In this document: piece by piece, positions 49,401 through 63,354 of the stretch
Position numbering within the stretch: the stretch's first letter is position 1
Layout: each line of letters starts with the position of its first letter
DNA from: Hydrolagus colliei
Lineage: Eukaryota
Direction: 5' to 3'
Assembly (NCBI GenBank): GCA_035084275.1
Contig: JAYJKW010000228.1
Location: 124,001-188,000, forward strand
DNA length: 64,000 bases
The notes under the pieces: generated by a model
Seen by the model: the letters and a program-made list of their open reading frames with translations, nothing else
Database searches by the model: none
What the model was told of the DNA's origin: nothing
Position numbers and translations under genes: made by a program

Positions 49401-52400
49401 GTTTCTTGTTTTGTAGTTACGTTTTACCCTTCGGATTGAATGGTTGGAGGCAGCCTGAGTACAGCAATTTTGTGATAGCATCTCTACTCCAGTGAAATCA
49501 TGAGTGGGGATTCCCCTTTGCAAAGCACTGTCCCAATGCAAAACTCCAACCATTACCTTAAGATGTAAATTTATGAAACTAACAAACACAGATAGGCCCA
49601 CAGATAAGATGTTTTATAACATTTAGTGCCCGTCCAGTAATCCAGCAGAAAAAACACTTCCCCTTTAACGTCTCAACACGTTATGAAGGTGACTCCCTGA
49701 AAATAATTACCTGCTGCAACCATCTGTTTCCATGTAGTCATGACAACAGTAATCCACTGTAGATCTCATCATCTGTGTGGGTACCTGCAAAACCTATTCT
49801 TTTCTAAGGGGGTTTCTGAAGATATGCATCTCATTTAAGAAGCAGATGTCTATCAACATTGCTTTTAAGCATTTGTGAATATTCACTACTGTGGTTTAAT
49901 AATGACGGTAGATAGTAATAATCCTAGTACCCCCTGATCAGCAAACACTGGCTGGCTCCTCATTCCCTACCTACTCTCCACCATCATCAGTCCTTCTGCC
50001 TCTGCCCTCTAGAACGCAATCCCCAAATATTGCACATTGTCTGATCGCCTCACTGCCTTCAAACCCCACCTGAAGACCTACCTCTGCAACTGCGCATTCA
50101 GCCATCTTTGCGAAACCAACTGAATCTACTTTAACCTAAAATACTTGGAAAGTATCTAAAGCACCTTAACTCTAAATCTAGTTTAACTTAAAGAACTTGT
50201 ATGAAATGAAACATAGGAAGAGTTATTTGACAAATAAAGGAGATATGGCCAGGGAAGATTCAGCTAGAGGGAGGAATGCCATCTGATTTTAGACTTACAC
50301 TCTTTCATTAACGTTTCAAATTGGGATGAATTTGGTAAATTCTTAAAATCTAATCTTAATTGTGAGATCTTAAAGACTTAAGCGGAGTACCTAAAAGTGG
50401 TTTCAAAATCAACTCCGATTTTAAGAATTTATCAAGTACTGTAATACACTTTTGAAAATCAACAAACAACTGGACTCTGTGATGGGAGTGGGGGTTGGGG
50501 GGGGGGAGGCTAGTCCAGTTATTAGTAATATTAAGTTTGAATGATTGTTCTTGTTCTACCTTCCTATGGCAACTTTTACATTCAAACAAATTGTAATTGC
50601 TAATCTTTCCATTAGATGGCGTAAAGTGCACCCATAATAGACCATGAATGAAATCTGGTAACAGTCTTACTCTGTAAAGGATGAAGTAAGCTTAAATTAT
50701 GCTTTTTTTTAATATAGTACGAGAGCAAGCTTCAAACATGGAAATCAAGACGCTTTATGTTCCAAGACTCTACAAGTTCCATTCCAGGAGCAAGACAACC
50801 TTTGACCACATGAGGAGACTTATTTAGGTCCGAACATTTAACAAACACAGAAAAATATATTTTGAATCATCAGGGTTGTTTTGAAAATGCATTATTTTTG
50901 AAAATATGCTTTCACTGCAGACATTACAAGCTCATAAAATATTTTAATTTTTGAACTATCAGTGAAGATTTTGTTTTCTTACTAGAGACAAATATTGATC
51001 AATCTGTCAACTTTGTGACTCATTGGGTTTATTTGGGTCAATCATTCATTCAGAACAGTTAATCACTCCAAATACTCTGCTGAATATCAAAGAAATTATA
51101 TTTCAATGCAATGAGTTCACCTCCAAACAATCTCTGAAGCACAACAAAGAAGTTGTATATTTTCATAGTCCTTTCAGTTCCACAAATCGTGTGAATTTGC
51201 AACATATTTAAGTCATGCTCACTGATAAGACATGTTCTGTCTCAGACAAACCAAAGGCAGAATGTCGCAAGAAACCATTCGTAATGACAAAAATACATAT
51301 TTTTCTTTACAATAATATGTGGAATTATTGAGCATTGATCTTAATCAATTCATACAAAACAACATGTTTCAAGGCTTTTCATAGCACCTACAAGATCTCA
51401 GCTCCAGGAACAGGCACAACATGTCAAATAAGTTAAGACAGAGAGCAGCAAGTTTGTCCCATGTCATCTTTGATGCTTTCACACATCATATTAACAAACT
51501 TCAGGAAATGGGTCTGTATTTACTGGATCACATAATCTGTGTATTTGTATGATGTCTTTCAAATCAGGAAGACATCTCAAGTCACTCCACAGGATTTACT
51601 GTGAGCTGGAGCGATTGCATATCTGTAACTGAAAGCAGCAGCCCAGTTGCGGACAGCAGTATCCCACAAATAACCGTGAAGCGAATGACCCATTTTATAT
51701 GGAAGCTTGTTGACCAGGTATTGCTGGGTGAAATTCCCTTCTCTCATTAAGTAGTGACAGGGGATCATTAACATTCATCTGAACTGGCAGATGGGACCTC
51801 AGTTTAACACAGCACCTTCAACAATGCAACATATGCCTAGACTATGTGAGTTCAACTCCTGACAATGAGGCTTGAAGCCACGAGTTTCTGACTCAGGGGC
51901 TAGTGGCTACTACTATGAGCTAGGCTGACACAGGTATATATATAGTCTGATAAACAATGTGAGTGTAACTTTGCAGTCATGCATTACTTTAAGAGCTCTA
52001 ACTGGAGTTCATCAAGGTTAACCAGAAATGGAAAATTGAGATTAAATATTATTCAGAACCTGAATTTGATCTCCTGGAATAAAACAGATGGTTGGAGCTT
52101 CAATTGGCTATTTTGCGGACAACACCTGTATATGTGAATTCACACAGTCCCAATATCCCACATGAATGGTGGAGTTTCCAAACTCAACCACATAACCATG
52201 ATTGACACAAGCTTATTAATTCTGCTGAGCAACAAGAATTGTCACCATTGAGCCAGTGATGCAACAACAACAAAATAACATTTGAGTAGGGCCTAGAAAA
52301 ACATTTTGCAGATCCTGGGAGTAAACCTTTGAACAAAATAATAAACGGTATAAAAAAATCTATGGAAGGACAAAAAATCCCCCCCCCCCTTAAAAAAGAT

Positions 52401-54977
52401 TGTATCTCTATGTACTAGAAAAAAAGCCTTACTGAGGATCTGCTGCTTTTGCCTAAATATCAATAATATGTTTCAAATAGTTTGTGTTTTGAATAGGGAG
52501 CCAAGATCATCTGATTGTTCAGCTGCTAATCTACCACCTGAGACAGGTTGACATCCTAAACTAAGAATAAAGGGATTTAATTTAAAAAAAAAATTGCATT
52601 CATGTTCAATCAAAATCCCAAAGGACTTTCATGCAGCTTTTTGGAGGGCTGGTTGAAAAAAAAACTGGACAAGATACAGATCAAGTTAATTGGAGTTAAT
52701 TGGGCACAGATCATCTTATAGAATGGCAGAACAGGCTTGAGGGGCTGAATGACCTACTTCTGTTTCTATGATTTTAAGTAAGGGTTAGAACAGTTAGACA
52801 CATGTGTTGTCAAAATCTGGTTGAACATCTATTAATCAAACGTAATTTGAGAGACAGAAATGATTTCAATTGCTGAATCTATATTATCATGAAATCATAG
52901 AAACATTGAATTACACAGCACAGAAGGAGGCCCTCGGTGGAAAAGAGTTGTCCAAATGAATCTCATTTCCCTGCAAATGCAAGGGCTTTTTAAACTTGTC
53001 CTCAAGTAATTATCGAATTATTATGGCAATAATTATGCTGTATTAGTATTGAAAGAAGAAAATCCATTTAGATTGTCAAAGGATAACTTATTAACATACA
53101 AGGTGTCCTATCAATATAATGTTTCAGCTGTACCTCTGCTCGCCCTCTTTTTTAAGACAAACTAAAGAGCTATTACTTTAACTGCAGTTCTTGGAATGCC
53201 CATAACATCGTAAACCAAAACAGGACAGGAGTGTGTATTTTGGCCAGAGATTTCATAGTTACAGCAAAAGGAATTAGAAGGTCACTGCATGACATCATGC
53301 TTTGCCAAGCTTCAGGTCCCACTAAACAAGACTAAACTAAAAGGAATATAATGGAATATAATAATATTGTTAAGAACAATAATTATTGGATGCTACTTTT
53401 CTTAGTATGTTTGAACTTCCAAAAATAGCTACATTTTACAGGAGGTTGATATTTTCTTAACCAAGTAATTTGTTAATCCATTTCTGAATAGTCTAATTAA
53501 TAGTCCTTGTTGCAACTATGATTATGGGAAGTATGTTTTATACCACCACATATATTCAATTTGTAGATCTATATGTTTCTTGATCTTCTCTAATTGCTTA
53601 TTTGTTACATTGTAATCACTTGGGACAGCCTTATTAATAATACTGTATGTACAATCAATTTGTTTCCTTATGGTAATTTCTTGTTTCTTACAGATTTCTA
53701 TCTGTATGTACCTGTGATTCCCAGATTATTGGGATGTTATTTTTATTATTACGCATCTACATATTACACTGTCATTCCTTGCAAACAAAAAAACTATTCA
53801 CAAATTCTATAACAACAGAGCATGACTTGTTCAGAAGTGAGGAGATAAATAGGCCATTTATACTTATCTCTTGAAGAAAATGTAGAATGGACCACCAGGA
53901 GGGGAAAATATTCGATTACTATTTGCTGAAGTGCAAATCTACTTAAGACAGAGTCAATTGTTTAAATTGTTTAATATTGAAGAGCAAGAAAGAAAGATGT
54001 ATATTATTACATTCAGTGTAATGTTAAAACATCTCCAAGTGGTTTACATTCATTCTGTGTCATGCTGTGACTTTTTAATAAGCATATTTGTCAGTCACTT
54101 TCCTCACAGCAAAGTCCCACATCTGTAATGAGGTGAATTTATTTATCTAAAGATTTTTTGGCTAGGAAACTGGGAGAAATTTCTTCTTTTGAATAATCAT
54201 GGAACAGTACTTCAGGTATAGGGTTGGTCCACATTGGACCTGTACTCTAATCCATGACAACCCATGCTCAACAGGGATACTGTACTTTCTAAAAGGCAGC
54301 CCTGTATTAGAAAGCTGGAAATGCTACCAGTTACTTTGAAATAAAGCATCCGAAGATTTCCTATGCAATAAATTAATGTTATTTACTGCATGCCACACGC
54401 ACCTTATTAATGCACTAATATTCATTTGCAGTTCGCTTAAAGTCACCAAATTGCCTTATAAATTAAAGAGTTTTAAAATAACTTGAACAGCAAAATGAAC
54501 ATAAAAAGTAATCTTATTTGGAAAACGTACAAATTACAAAATGATAGCTTATCAAAGTGACACAGTGATATTAAGATTGGGGTATGTAAATTGGTTTAAA
54601 ACAACTACCATTTTATAATAATATAAAATATTATTATTTATCATTTTATTTGATGAAATGATATTCAATTTATAGAAATTCCCCTCAATAGTATTAACAA
54701 AATAAATCTTTGTAAAATCATATTCATTTGCAGAGGCGCAGTGTGGACTCACATCAACAGTGAACAATCATATTCTGTAGTGAGAGGGTGTACTGCAGTG
54801 CCTCGTTTTATCCCCATCCACCACCAAATAAAAGCAATGGATTGGCAGGATGATAGTTGTGTGTGGGAAATACCGTAGGAAGGTTAGATGGAAGGGCTGG
54901 GAATAAAGAGAGAGGTGTCAGAGCTGGGCTGGGGAGTGAAAGACACAGGAAAGCCTTGTGTGCCCTCAATCTCAACC

Positions 54978-55025
54978 ATGCAGGCTCCCATCTACTGCAC
55001 CCTGCTCTGCATCTGCACATCTCAG
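54978..55025 (+). CDS. CCN6: CCN6/WISP3 exon 1, signal peptide MQAPIYCTLLCICTSQ
   Basis: ACC-ATG Kozak context, 16 codons ending CAG|GTAAG in phase 0; parallels the recalled human N-terminus MQGLLFSTLLLAGLAQ. Confidence 0.8.
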
Positions 55026-57343
55026 GTAAGCTGCAAGCTTTAAAATTAACTGAAAAAAATGTGTGCTTGTGAGTGAAGGAGGTGCAAAGTGTTTTTACAC
55101 AACTCTGTCGGTAGATTGGGGTCCAGTGGAGCGGTCATTACAGAAGTATTATTAATTAAGTGCAGATTTCTGAAGGAAAAGTCGCACTTTTAAGCTGTGA
55201 TGGGGGGTGGGGGGTTATTTTTCAAAGAATTCTGAATGAGTTCTGGACAGTTTACAACTTCATTCCACATTTGGTCGTGTTTTGTGCAAGATTTAGATAT
55301 AATCGTTCAGAAAAATTAACCCACAAACATGTGAGTATGTGATGGTTCGAGCAGAGGGAGGCGCCTCTTTAACTTTTGTGAACAGCCTCACTCACTAACT
55401 CACATGCTTTATTCACCAATAAACCTGGGTTTGCAATGCATGCAGATCTGAGACACCTCTGTGAATATTGCTAAATATTCCAGCCACACAACACACCTTA
55501 TAGTGTCGCTGGGACTAAAAAAAACATTGAGTGAAGAACTACACTGAGCAAGCAGCATTTCACAGTGATAGCCTAGTATTTTTATATGAAAACTCATTCA
55601 ACTCACAGTTAGACGTTAGGCATAACCACATAATTAATTACTGGCTGTGAAAGACAATTTTGTATTTCCCAGGAATTTATGTTTTGGAAATCAGCCAGGC
55701 TGTTTGGTTATATTTGTGTGTGTGTGTTGGGGGGGGGTGGGAGGAGAAATAAATATTCATAAATTTCTTATATTATTGTAAACAAAGTTTGACACTTATT
55801 TTCCTCTGAAATCACAACAACTGCACAACAACATTACATTTGTATAGAACCTTACACGCCGGGAAGTCGTTCCAATGCGGTTGATTTTAACACTTTTCTT
55901 CTCCAAAATGTTTTTTGATACATTTTTCACATGGTCATACTGTGAAATTCAATCGTTTGGGTGGATGGTTGTGTTTCTGTCTCGGAGATTGTTTTTGAGA
56001 TCACAGCTGTTCACAATCTTGATTTGGGATAGTTTATTAAAAAGTATATTTTCCAAAGGCTCTTTAAACACATTTTGTTTCTCTTTAGTTGGAAGTGATG
56101 CGATTCTAGCTGAAGATCTAAAGTCTCAGCCTGAATAGGGCTGGTTCATACTAATATTCCTGCAATCTGCAAAATGACCGCTTGTTTACATTATTAACAG
56201 TGTAGATTTCATTCTGTCAATGGAATGAAATGTCAGTGAAATATAAGGGGATTACATACTAAAACCAGGAAGGGATTCGAAAGACCTCTTGTCAACCAAG
56301 ATGGGATCATATTACCTTTGCTTGAAATAATAGAATTTCTTGCATATATAATCCGGGGGCTCCTTTACACTTTTTGGTCCTTCCAGGGATAACAAAAATG
56401 ACCGGTTTACCTTGTGATACTACTCTAACTAATGGCTCTCATATTCAGGCTGTTAGTCTGTCATTGCGCCAATCGTATTCAATCATTCATCTCTTCAAAG
56501 TTCTCTGGGAGGCGTGAGGGGCGTTATATAAGTGCAAGTTGTTGTTGTTGTTTGGATTTAAAGCCCTCCACAACCTCGCCCCACCTTACATCCCCGAACT
56601 CCTAACCCCTTACCAACCTGCCCGCCCACCACTCTGCAGGCTCTGGCCTGCTCCACATCCCACACCCCACCATTAATTCAAAAGTTATTAAGCCTCTAAA
56701 AGCGCAGCAAGGTTTAGGTTGATAGCAGATTAACTAGATTTATAAAAAACAAATACTGGGTAACAGTTTACACTTGAAATTAGGAATTTAAATGTTACAT
56801 TTGGCTTAGTAACCTATGCAGTGAAAATAAGTAAAGTGTGGCTCACAGTACATTGGATCTCCTTTACTCAGATTAAAATTATTGGTGGATTTGACGTTTG
56901 ATTATTTGGATTCCACAATAATAATTATTCTTATTTGATATAGTGTTTTCAAAGCACTTCACAAGATATACTGTAAAGTGGATTGTCTGTGTATTTTATG
57001 GGCAAAATGTGGCAGCCAGTTGCGTACCCCAATGTCCTACAAATAGCCATGGAGTGAGTGACCAATTTTATTTGGGGGATTGTTGGCAACTACAGTGATG
57101 AATTGTTTTCTGCAGCTTAGTGATGGGAAACTAATTTCAGAAGTAAAGCAAAATTGGGTTTTAAATATTTTCAAAATTCTGCACAATTAAAAATTTTAGG
57201 ACGTTGCTCTTAAAATTAAGATCATGAAAGTTTTCAAGCCTCTGATTATCAAAGAGTTATTTCCTGAATGGTTCTTTGACTGCAAACTCTTACTGAAACT
57301 GTAAGACAGATCAGGTTCTTCAAGAGATTTAACTGTATCAAAG

Positions 57344-57644
57344 GTCTTCTGCACGATACAGGAGAGTAAAGCACAACAAGGAGGCGTGAAAATCGGAACA
57401 AAGACCGCAGAGTTTGAAGATCCTCCTGAACGCAGACAATTTTGTAAATGGCCTTGCAAATGCTCAAACAAACCAATATGTTCTGCTGGTGTAAGTCTAG
57501 TAACAGATGGTTGTGGATGCTGTAAAGCCTGTGCAAAACAAGCTGGCGAGCTCTGTACTGAAGCTGATACCTGTGACCCCCACAAGGATTTATACTGTGA
57601 TTATTCTGGTGACAGGCCTAGGTATGAAATTGGAGTATGTGCAT
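57344..57644 (+). CDS. CCN6: CCN6/WISP3 exon 2, IGFBP domain
   Basis: VFCTIQ...[11 protein letters not shown]...[17 protein letters not shown]...[24 protein letters not shown]; donor T|GTAAGT. Confidence 0.92.
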
Positions 57645-58043
57645 GTAAGTTACACTCTCTACTGTCTTAATAGTAGCATTGTATTAAATGCTTTACAGAA
57701 AAAAAAAGTAGAATTGTTTTAGTCTATCATTATTCTTGGATATTATACTTAGATTAATTTTTGGAATAAAAATGGCTATTTCTTTTAAAGAAGAAGCTTT
57801 TGCAGAAATGAACCCTGAGAATGTTAATAGTTTTCATGAGGGTTTAGACAATAATGTTTTACCACATCAACGTGTTCATATGCTTTGAATGACTTGATTG
57901 GAAAATAATTAAATATAAAATAAAACAGCCACCTTTGTATAAAGTGAGTAGTGCTGTGGAATTTTGAACGTCCACCTGAACAGGCAGACAGGAAGGCACC
58001 TGACAATCCAGCTCTTCCCCCAGTGTTGCACTACAGTACAGTA

Positions 58044-58678
58044 CAGGTATCCTGCCCGAACCGCGGTTTTTTCTACCGCTAATCTCACATCCACGGTTGG
58101 CTCGCTGCGACAAACCTTGCTAACCACGGCAATGGGTTTTGCTTATCCATGGGTTTTAACACTAACACTAGCGTTTGGCGCTAGGACCCAGTTGCGATGT
58201 CGCAATCAACCAGCAATGATGTCGCTTCCCTTTTAGGATTAAGGTAAATAACAGGAATTTATTGTCGCTTCTCCGCATCCCACCCCCTCCATGTCACCCA
58301 CCACACCACCTTCTCCCTATTACCCCACCTCCGTGTCACCCACCACACCACCTTCTCCCTATTACCCCACCTCCGTGTCACCCACCACACCACCTTCTCC
58401 GTTGATTTTTCTCTCTCTCTGTGTATCTCTCTCTCTCTGTGACTGTGTGTAGATCACACAGCCTCGCAGATTGCTACAGATCCTGGCAGCCAATGCTCCC
58501 AAACTTACTCCCCCTATCCCCATGTTTCCCATAGTGCCCTGCATTTTCTAACCGCGACCAAGCAAACGTACTCCCCCATTCCCATGTTTCCCATAGGGCC
58601 CTGTATTTTCCAACCATGGTTTTATTAACCGCGGAGGTTTTTAGGAGCGTATCCCCCGCGGTTGGGGAGGGATAGCTG
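58044..58678 (-). mobile_element. Second copy of the same Tc1/mariner-type MITE, reverse orientation, in CCN6 intron 2
   Basis: Same TIRs and TA flanks; both arms align with 18006-19026; internal ~41-bp tandem repeat at about 58282-58399. Confidence 0.88.
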
Positions 58679-59905
58679 TACTGTATCAGCTTTGACTATA
58701 AGATCAATGTCCCAAAATGGGCCATACCCAGATCCTTCTTATGTAAAAGCAATAGCGCTGCCGACTGAGCCAGACTGGCAAATATATTTGTGTAATACAA
58801 ATCGGAGTAGATGATTAGAAAATTAAGTACTTACCAAAAAGTTTTCTGTTTAGCTTGGAATAAAAGTTTGATATTAATTGTTTCTTTATCCCGCATTCTA
58901 TTTTTTTTCTTATTTTGTATGTAAGTTGCTTATTAGTTAGCAGTGACATCTGTCCAATGAGACTCTCTGAAGTGTGAATCCTGCTTTTATTTTTAACCTG
59001 TGCTGTCATAACTATCAGACTAGGTCTGGTCCTTTTTTACTTTTAAAATTGTTCAAGGCCACTGTGTAGTGAGGAAGTGTGAACTCCAAACTCACCTTTA
59101 CCAAGATAATTCCAAATGGCATGACATTGTTTTACATCATTACTTTCTATTTAATGAAATAATATGTCTTAGGTTGGAAAATAAAACTTTTAGCACTGCA
59201 TTTTCCAATATAAATATTTGAAATAATGGAAACAGAAGTTACATTTTACTGTACCTATATTGTTTACATTCTGTCTTGCACATGGTCCTGGCATTAATAC
59301 TCTGATTGAATGGATTTAAATTCATGCGGGTGGCATGGTTTAGTCACGGTGGGTATTCTAATCAATTCTTCCTATGACTAATTCTATCTCTGAATGACTG
59401 GCCATTAGGAATCATGAATTTTAACATGTTGGCCATGTTTTGGAAAAGTTACCCCATCTTAACAAAGTTTAGCTGAAGCCCAGTTTTCCAATCAGTTTCC
59501 AACTGGGGAGGATACATTTGCAGGGCTATGGAGAGAGAGAGTTGGGAGTGCGATTGATTTGGACAGCTCTTTTCAAAGAGTCGGCACAGACACGATGGCT
59601 TCCTTCTGTGCTGTCTAATTCCATGAATCTGTGATTATTGTTTGTCTAGCTAGCAGATGTGATATGACACCTGAAATGTCCTCTGAATTACTGATTAATC
59701 AAATTAATATGGTAATTATTTAGTCTTGCAATTTATAATGTACAAGTAAATATAAAGTGCTGTGTACCCATTTCAATATACTGTACTGTAATACTAATGT
59801 ATTGTTTTAATACATTCACAGGTATTTTAAAAATGGAGAAATAGAGTGCTTATCATACTTTTATTATATTTATTAATTTATTAAGATGCTCTTTGTTTCC
59901 TTTAG

Positions 59906-60160
59906 ATATGATTGGAGTTGCGTGTGAGTTAAATGAAGCGTTTTATCATCATGGTCAGACATTCCAACCAAACTGTTATTATAAATGCACGTGTCTGAAT
60001 GGTGCAATTGGATGTACACCCACATGCACAAAGAAATTGGCAGCTGGCCAGTGTAGGAATCCCAAAGCTGTAAAGAGGTCTGGGTACTGCTGTGAAAAGT
60101 CCTTTTGTGATAAGGCACCTGGGAACAATCAACAACTAACGACATATAGGACAAGGCCTG
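59906..60160 (+). CDS. CCN6: CCN6/WISP3 exon 3, VWC domain (TSP1 and CT exons not found in the window)
   Basis: tttcctttag|..CELNEAFYHHGQTFQPNCYYKCTCLNGAIGCTP...TTYRTRP|GTAGGT; phases match exon 2. Confidence 0.9.
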
Positions 60161-63100
60161 GTAGGTGGCTTAAATGTGGCCTGGTCTGTGGCTTAAATAA
60201 GATGCTTAACTAAGAACTCAAAAAATCATACAATGCAAATGTCATTCACTGCGAATGTCAGTTATGATTGCACTGAAAATTTAAAGAAAATTTAAAGAAA
60301 TAATCATATAGCAATTGCCTAGTCAGGACATTTTGCACCACTCCGCTTTCTAGGTAATGTGATACAATAGTACTGATACAGCTTACATTATAAAATAATA
60401 CCAGATGGAAACACATTCAGCTTTGGTATAGCACTGTTAATATTTCATATTGAACAAAAATGTTGTACTATAAATATATACTACAGTTTATTCAATTTGC
60501 TGGTCAAGACTGACTGATTAGCAGCTCGTGCCAGGCAATGGAAATATTCCCACCCATGAGGAAAATGTATCTGAACTGCTTGTAGGCCTCTTTTGGCACC
60601 AGTGGCTCTCGGGCTAACAGAGCGCCATTGATAATGAAGGGATCTGCTGTGGTAGAGGTGAGTGGATATGGAAGAAAAGGAGGACTCAAAACTGCAAATT
60701 GAAATTTAATGAAATAAAAATTGGCACTATGCCATGTCAAACTCATAATTTTTTGGGGTCAGCCAGGTTTCTAACGCATGAGGAAACCCATTAATATGCT
60801 TAAAATTATAATAATAACAATCCTTGCATTTAATATAGCGCTTAAACGTCTTCTAGCTATTTTGTGGGCAAAACACCATAGCGAATTGCACACAGCAGTG
60901 TCCCACAAACAGTTGTGGATTGAAAATTATGGATTTTTTTTGAAGGATTATTATTTAAGATATCAATAATGAACAACAAAGTGGAAGAGGAATATTTTTC
61001 TCTGCTTTCAGAAATAAACTATAGTTGGTCCTACCAAATACTGTAATTAGATCCAGCTTCTGGCTGAGTGATGGAACATAATGTGAAATCAGTCTTCATC
61101 CAGTTGCTTTCTTCCAAAGAGGCAATAATTTCCAATGCAAAAAGACATGTGGATCAAAATATTGAGAACCTCCAAAGTAAATATAGCTAACATGTTCCTT
61201 ATCATGTTAGTCCGACATGAAAGGCGTTCCACAAATATAATTTCATTGTTGTATCAGAAACCTGGCCACGATAGTGACAAACAATACATCTCAATACATC
61301 TCATTGCATCCTACCTATATATGGAAATTACTGATAGGGCCAGAGTGGCTAAAGGCCAGGCCGCGAGGTAGGGAATGTAAAGCAGGCCAGAGATCGCTGA
61401 GTGGAGGAAGTAGATAGGTTGGTAGTGGGTTAGGAGATCGCAGAGCTAGGGAGGAGCAAGGATATGGAGGACTTTCAAAGTGAGGATCAAGATCTTGAAC
61501 TTGCCTTGGGACAAGCACCTTGGGACATCCTCCCAATGTGAAAGGTGCTCTACAAATGTAATTTTGTTGTTGTTGAACTGTATCTTCCTATATGATGGCA
61601 TTAGGTGAAGGTGAGGGAGTGATAGGTTCGTGGAGCCTGGTGCGGGAGAGGATCCGGGCTCCAGAATTGTGGGTGATCTGCAGCCTATGGAGAGAGGAGT
61701 TGGAGAGTCTGACAACCACTAAGTTAGCATAGTTAAGCCGAGATGCTTTGAATGCCTTGGACTTGGAAACCAACTTGCATTTCTCCACTGTGTCGAATGC
61801 AATATTCTGTGCTTAATTAGGATACCAGAGTATTAAGCACATAATATTGTGTGTTGGGGAATTGCTAGGGTCTAACCAACTAACTTGCCATTGAATTGAC
61901 TGTTTGGCAAGCTTTTCCACTGCTTGTCCAGCTAGGACCCGCCTACCTATTAGGGTTTGGTTTCTGGATTGAACAGGAGCACTGTGGTAAGAATCCCTAT
62001 CCCCACTAATCTACTCTTCCAAGTCCTGCAGATGAAACAGGGTGGCTGTGCTATCATTAACCGTGTCTTGGAGTACTGTGGGCCCACCTGACTCAGGAAC
62101 TGAACAACTTAGACTACCACAGAGGGTTGACTCAATTCTGATATTCCGTTGCCAAATATGTTGCCTTGGAGCCAGTTCAGCTCCCACGTGACATGCTTGG
62201 CAAAGGAAAACATGTAGCCTTATTAGTCTTTTGACATCCAAAAAGCGTGGGTTTGAGCCCTCACTAGGGATAGCAGGTACCAAGAATTCCCTATGAGCTT
62301 CCTGGTGGGTAAAACAGCTGAGCACAAATGGAGTGAGAGGCAAGCCATCATCTTCCTGCTTACAGCTCAGATGGACAGTACATCAATTTCTATCGAGTGA
62401 TGGTTCCACCGGTTAGAGGTGTGGACCTGGAGAAGCAGTTTTCAAACCAATCAAGGCGGATTCCAAGCACTGGTTGTCAGGATGTGTGTTCATGAACTTC
62501 CCAGGTCATGCCTTCCAGCAGCTATTGCCCTTAGACTTATAGTTTCCTTATGAGCTATCTGGAGGACCTCAGCCTTCATTGTCATGGGAGGACCTTTACA
62601 GGACAGCTTGTGATAATCCAGCCACTTTGATGTTCTCAAGATCCTAGTCTAATGCCGTGTAGCAGTTTTACCATGGTTTTTAATGCAACAGATTTAAAAT
62701 GCGGTTTAAAAATACCAAATTGGTAGCATTTCCAAATCTCACCCTCAGATATTTGGAAGAGCAAAGATTCTGGCAACCTCAAGTATTTCTTTTTGGAATA
62801 ATTTTCTTTAATCATGTGTTTAGATAATTGAGAGAACTAAACTTTTTTTTGGCAAATGTTCACTATGAAAGGTTTTTTATTTTGTCAGCTAAGTGTCTGA
62901 CTCAGGTGGAAACCACATGTTACCAATGATGGCGTTGTCTAGCAAATCTCCCATTGCTTTGCCAGGTTTGACCACTGTACTCTTTAGGGTTTTAGTTTAC
63001 AAGATTTACAGGAGCTGTGAGAATAATCCCTTTCCCTAGTTTCACTAGCTCAGTAGATCCAGTAAGAGTCCATAACCTGTGCACAGGTTGAAAGTGTAAT

Positions 63101-63354
63101 TATGTCTAATACCAAGTCATAACTATTATAGAAATAGATGCCTCTCAAAATGTAGGTAGACTTTCTAAGACATTATGCAGACATTGGCCCAATTTGGCCT
63201 TTAAGGAATCAGTTTGGTTTCTGAGCATTGGGATATTATAAATTAATCTAATTGATGAAGATCCATAGTCAAAATAAAGCCCATTTCAATTTAGAGTACT
63301 GTCTTATAGAGTAGCAAAAGTGAGACACAAACATTTATTTAAACATAACAACAA

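Noticed and set aside
50560-50573. RFX X-box (CTTCCTATGGCAAC) as an autoregulatory site
   Set aside because: Only one good half-site; expected by chance
57344-60160. Assignment as CCN4/WISP1
   Set aside because: Exon 1 length and phase and several diagnostic residues fit CCN6 better, and linkage to RFX6 agrees; kept only as a residual alternative
62011-62343. 110-aa minus-strand ORF, or a possible CCN6 exon 4 in this region
   Set aside because: No TSP1 motif (W..CS.TCG.G) seen and no recognisable homology
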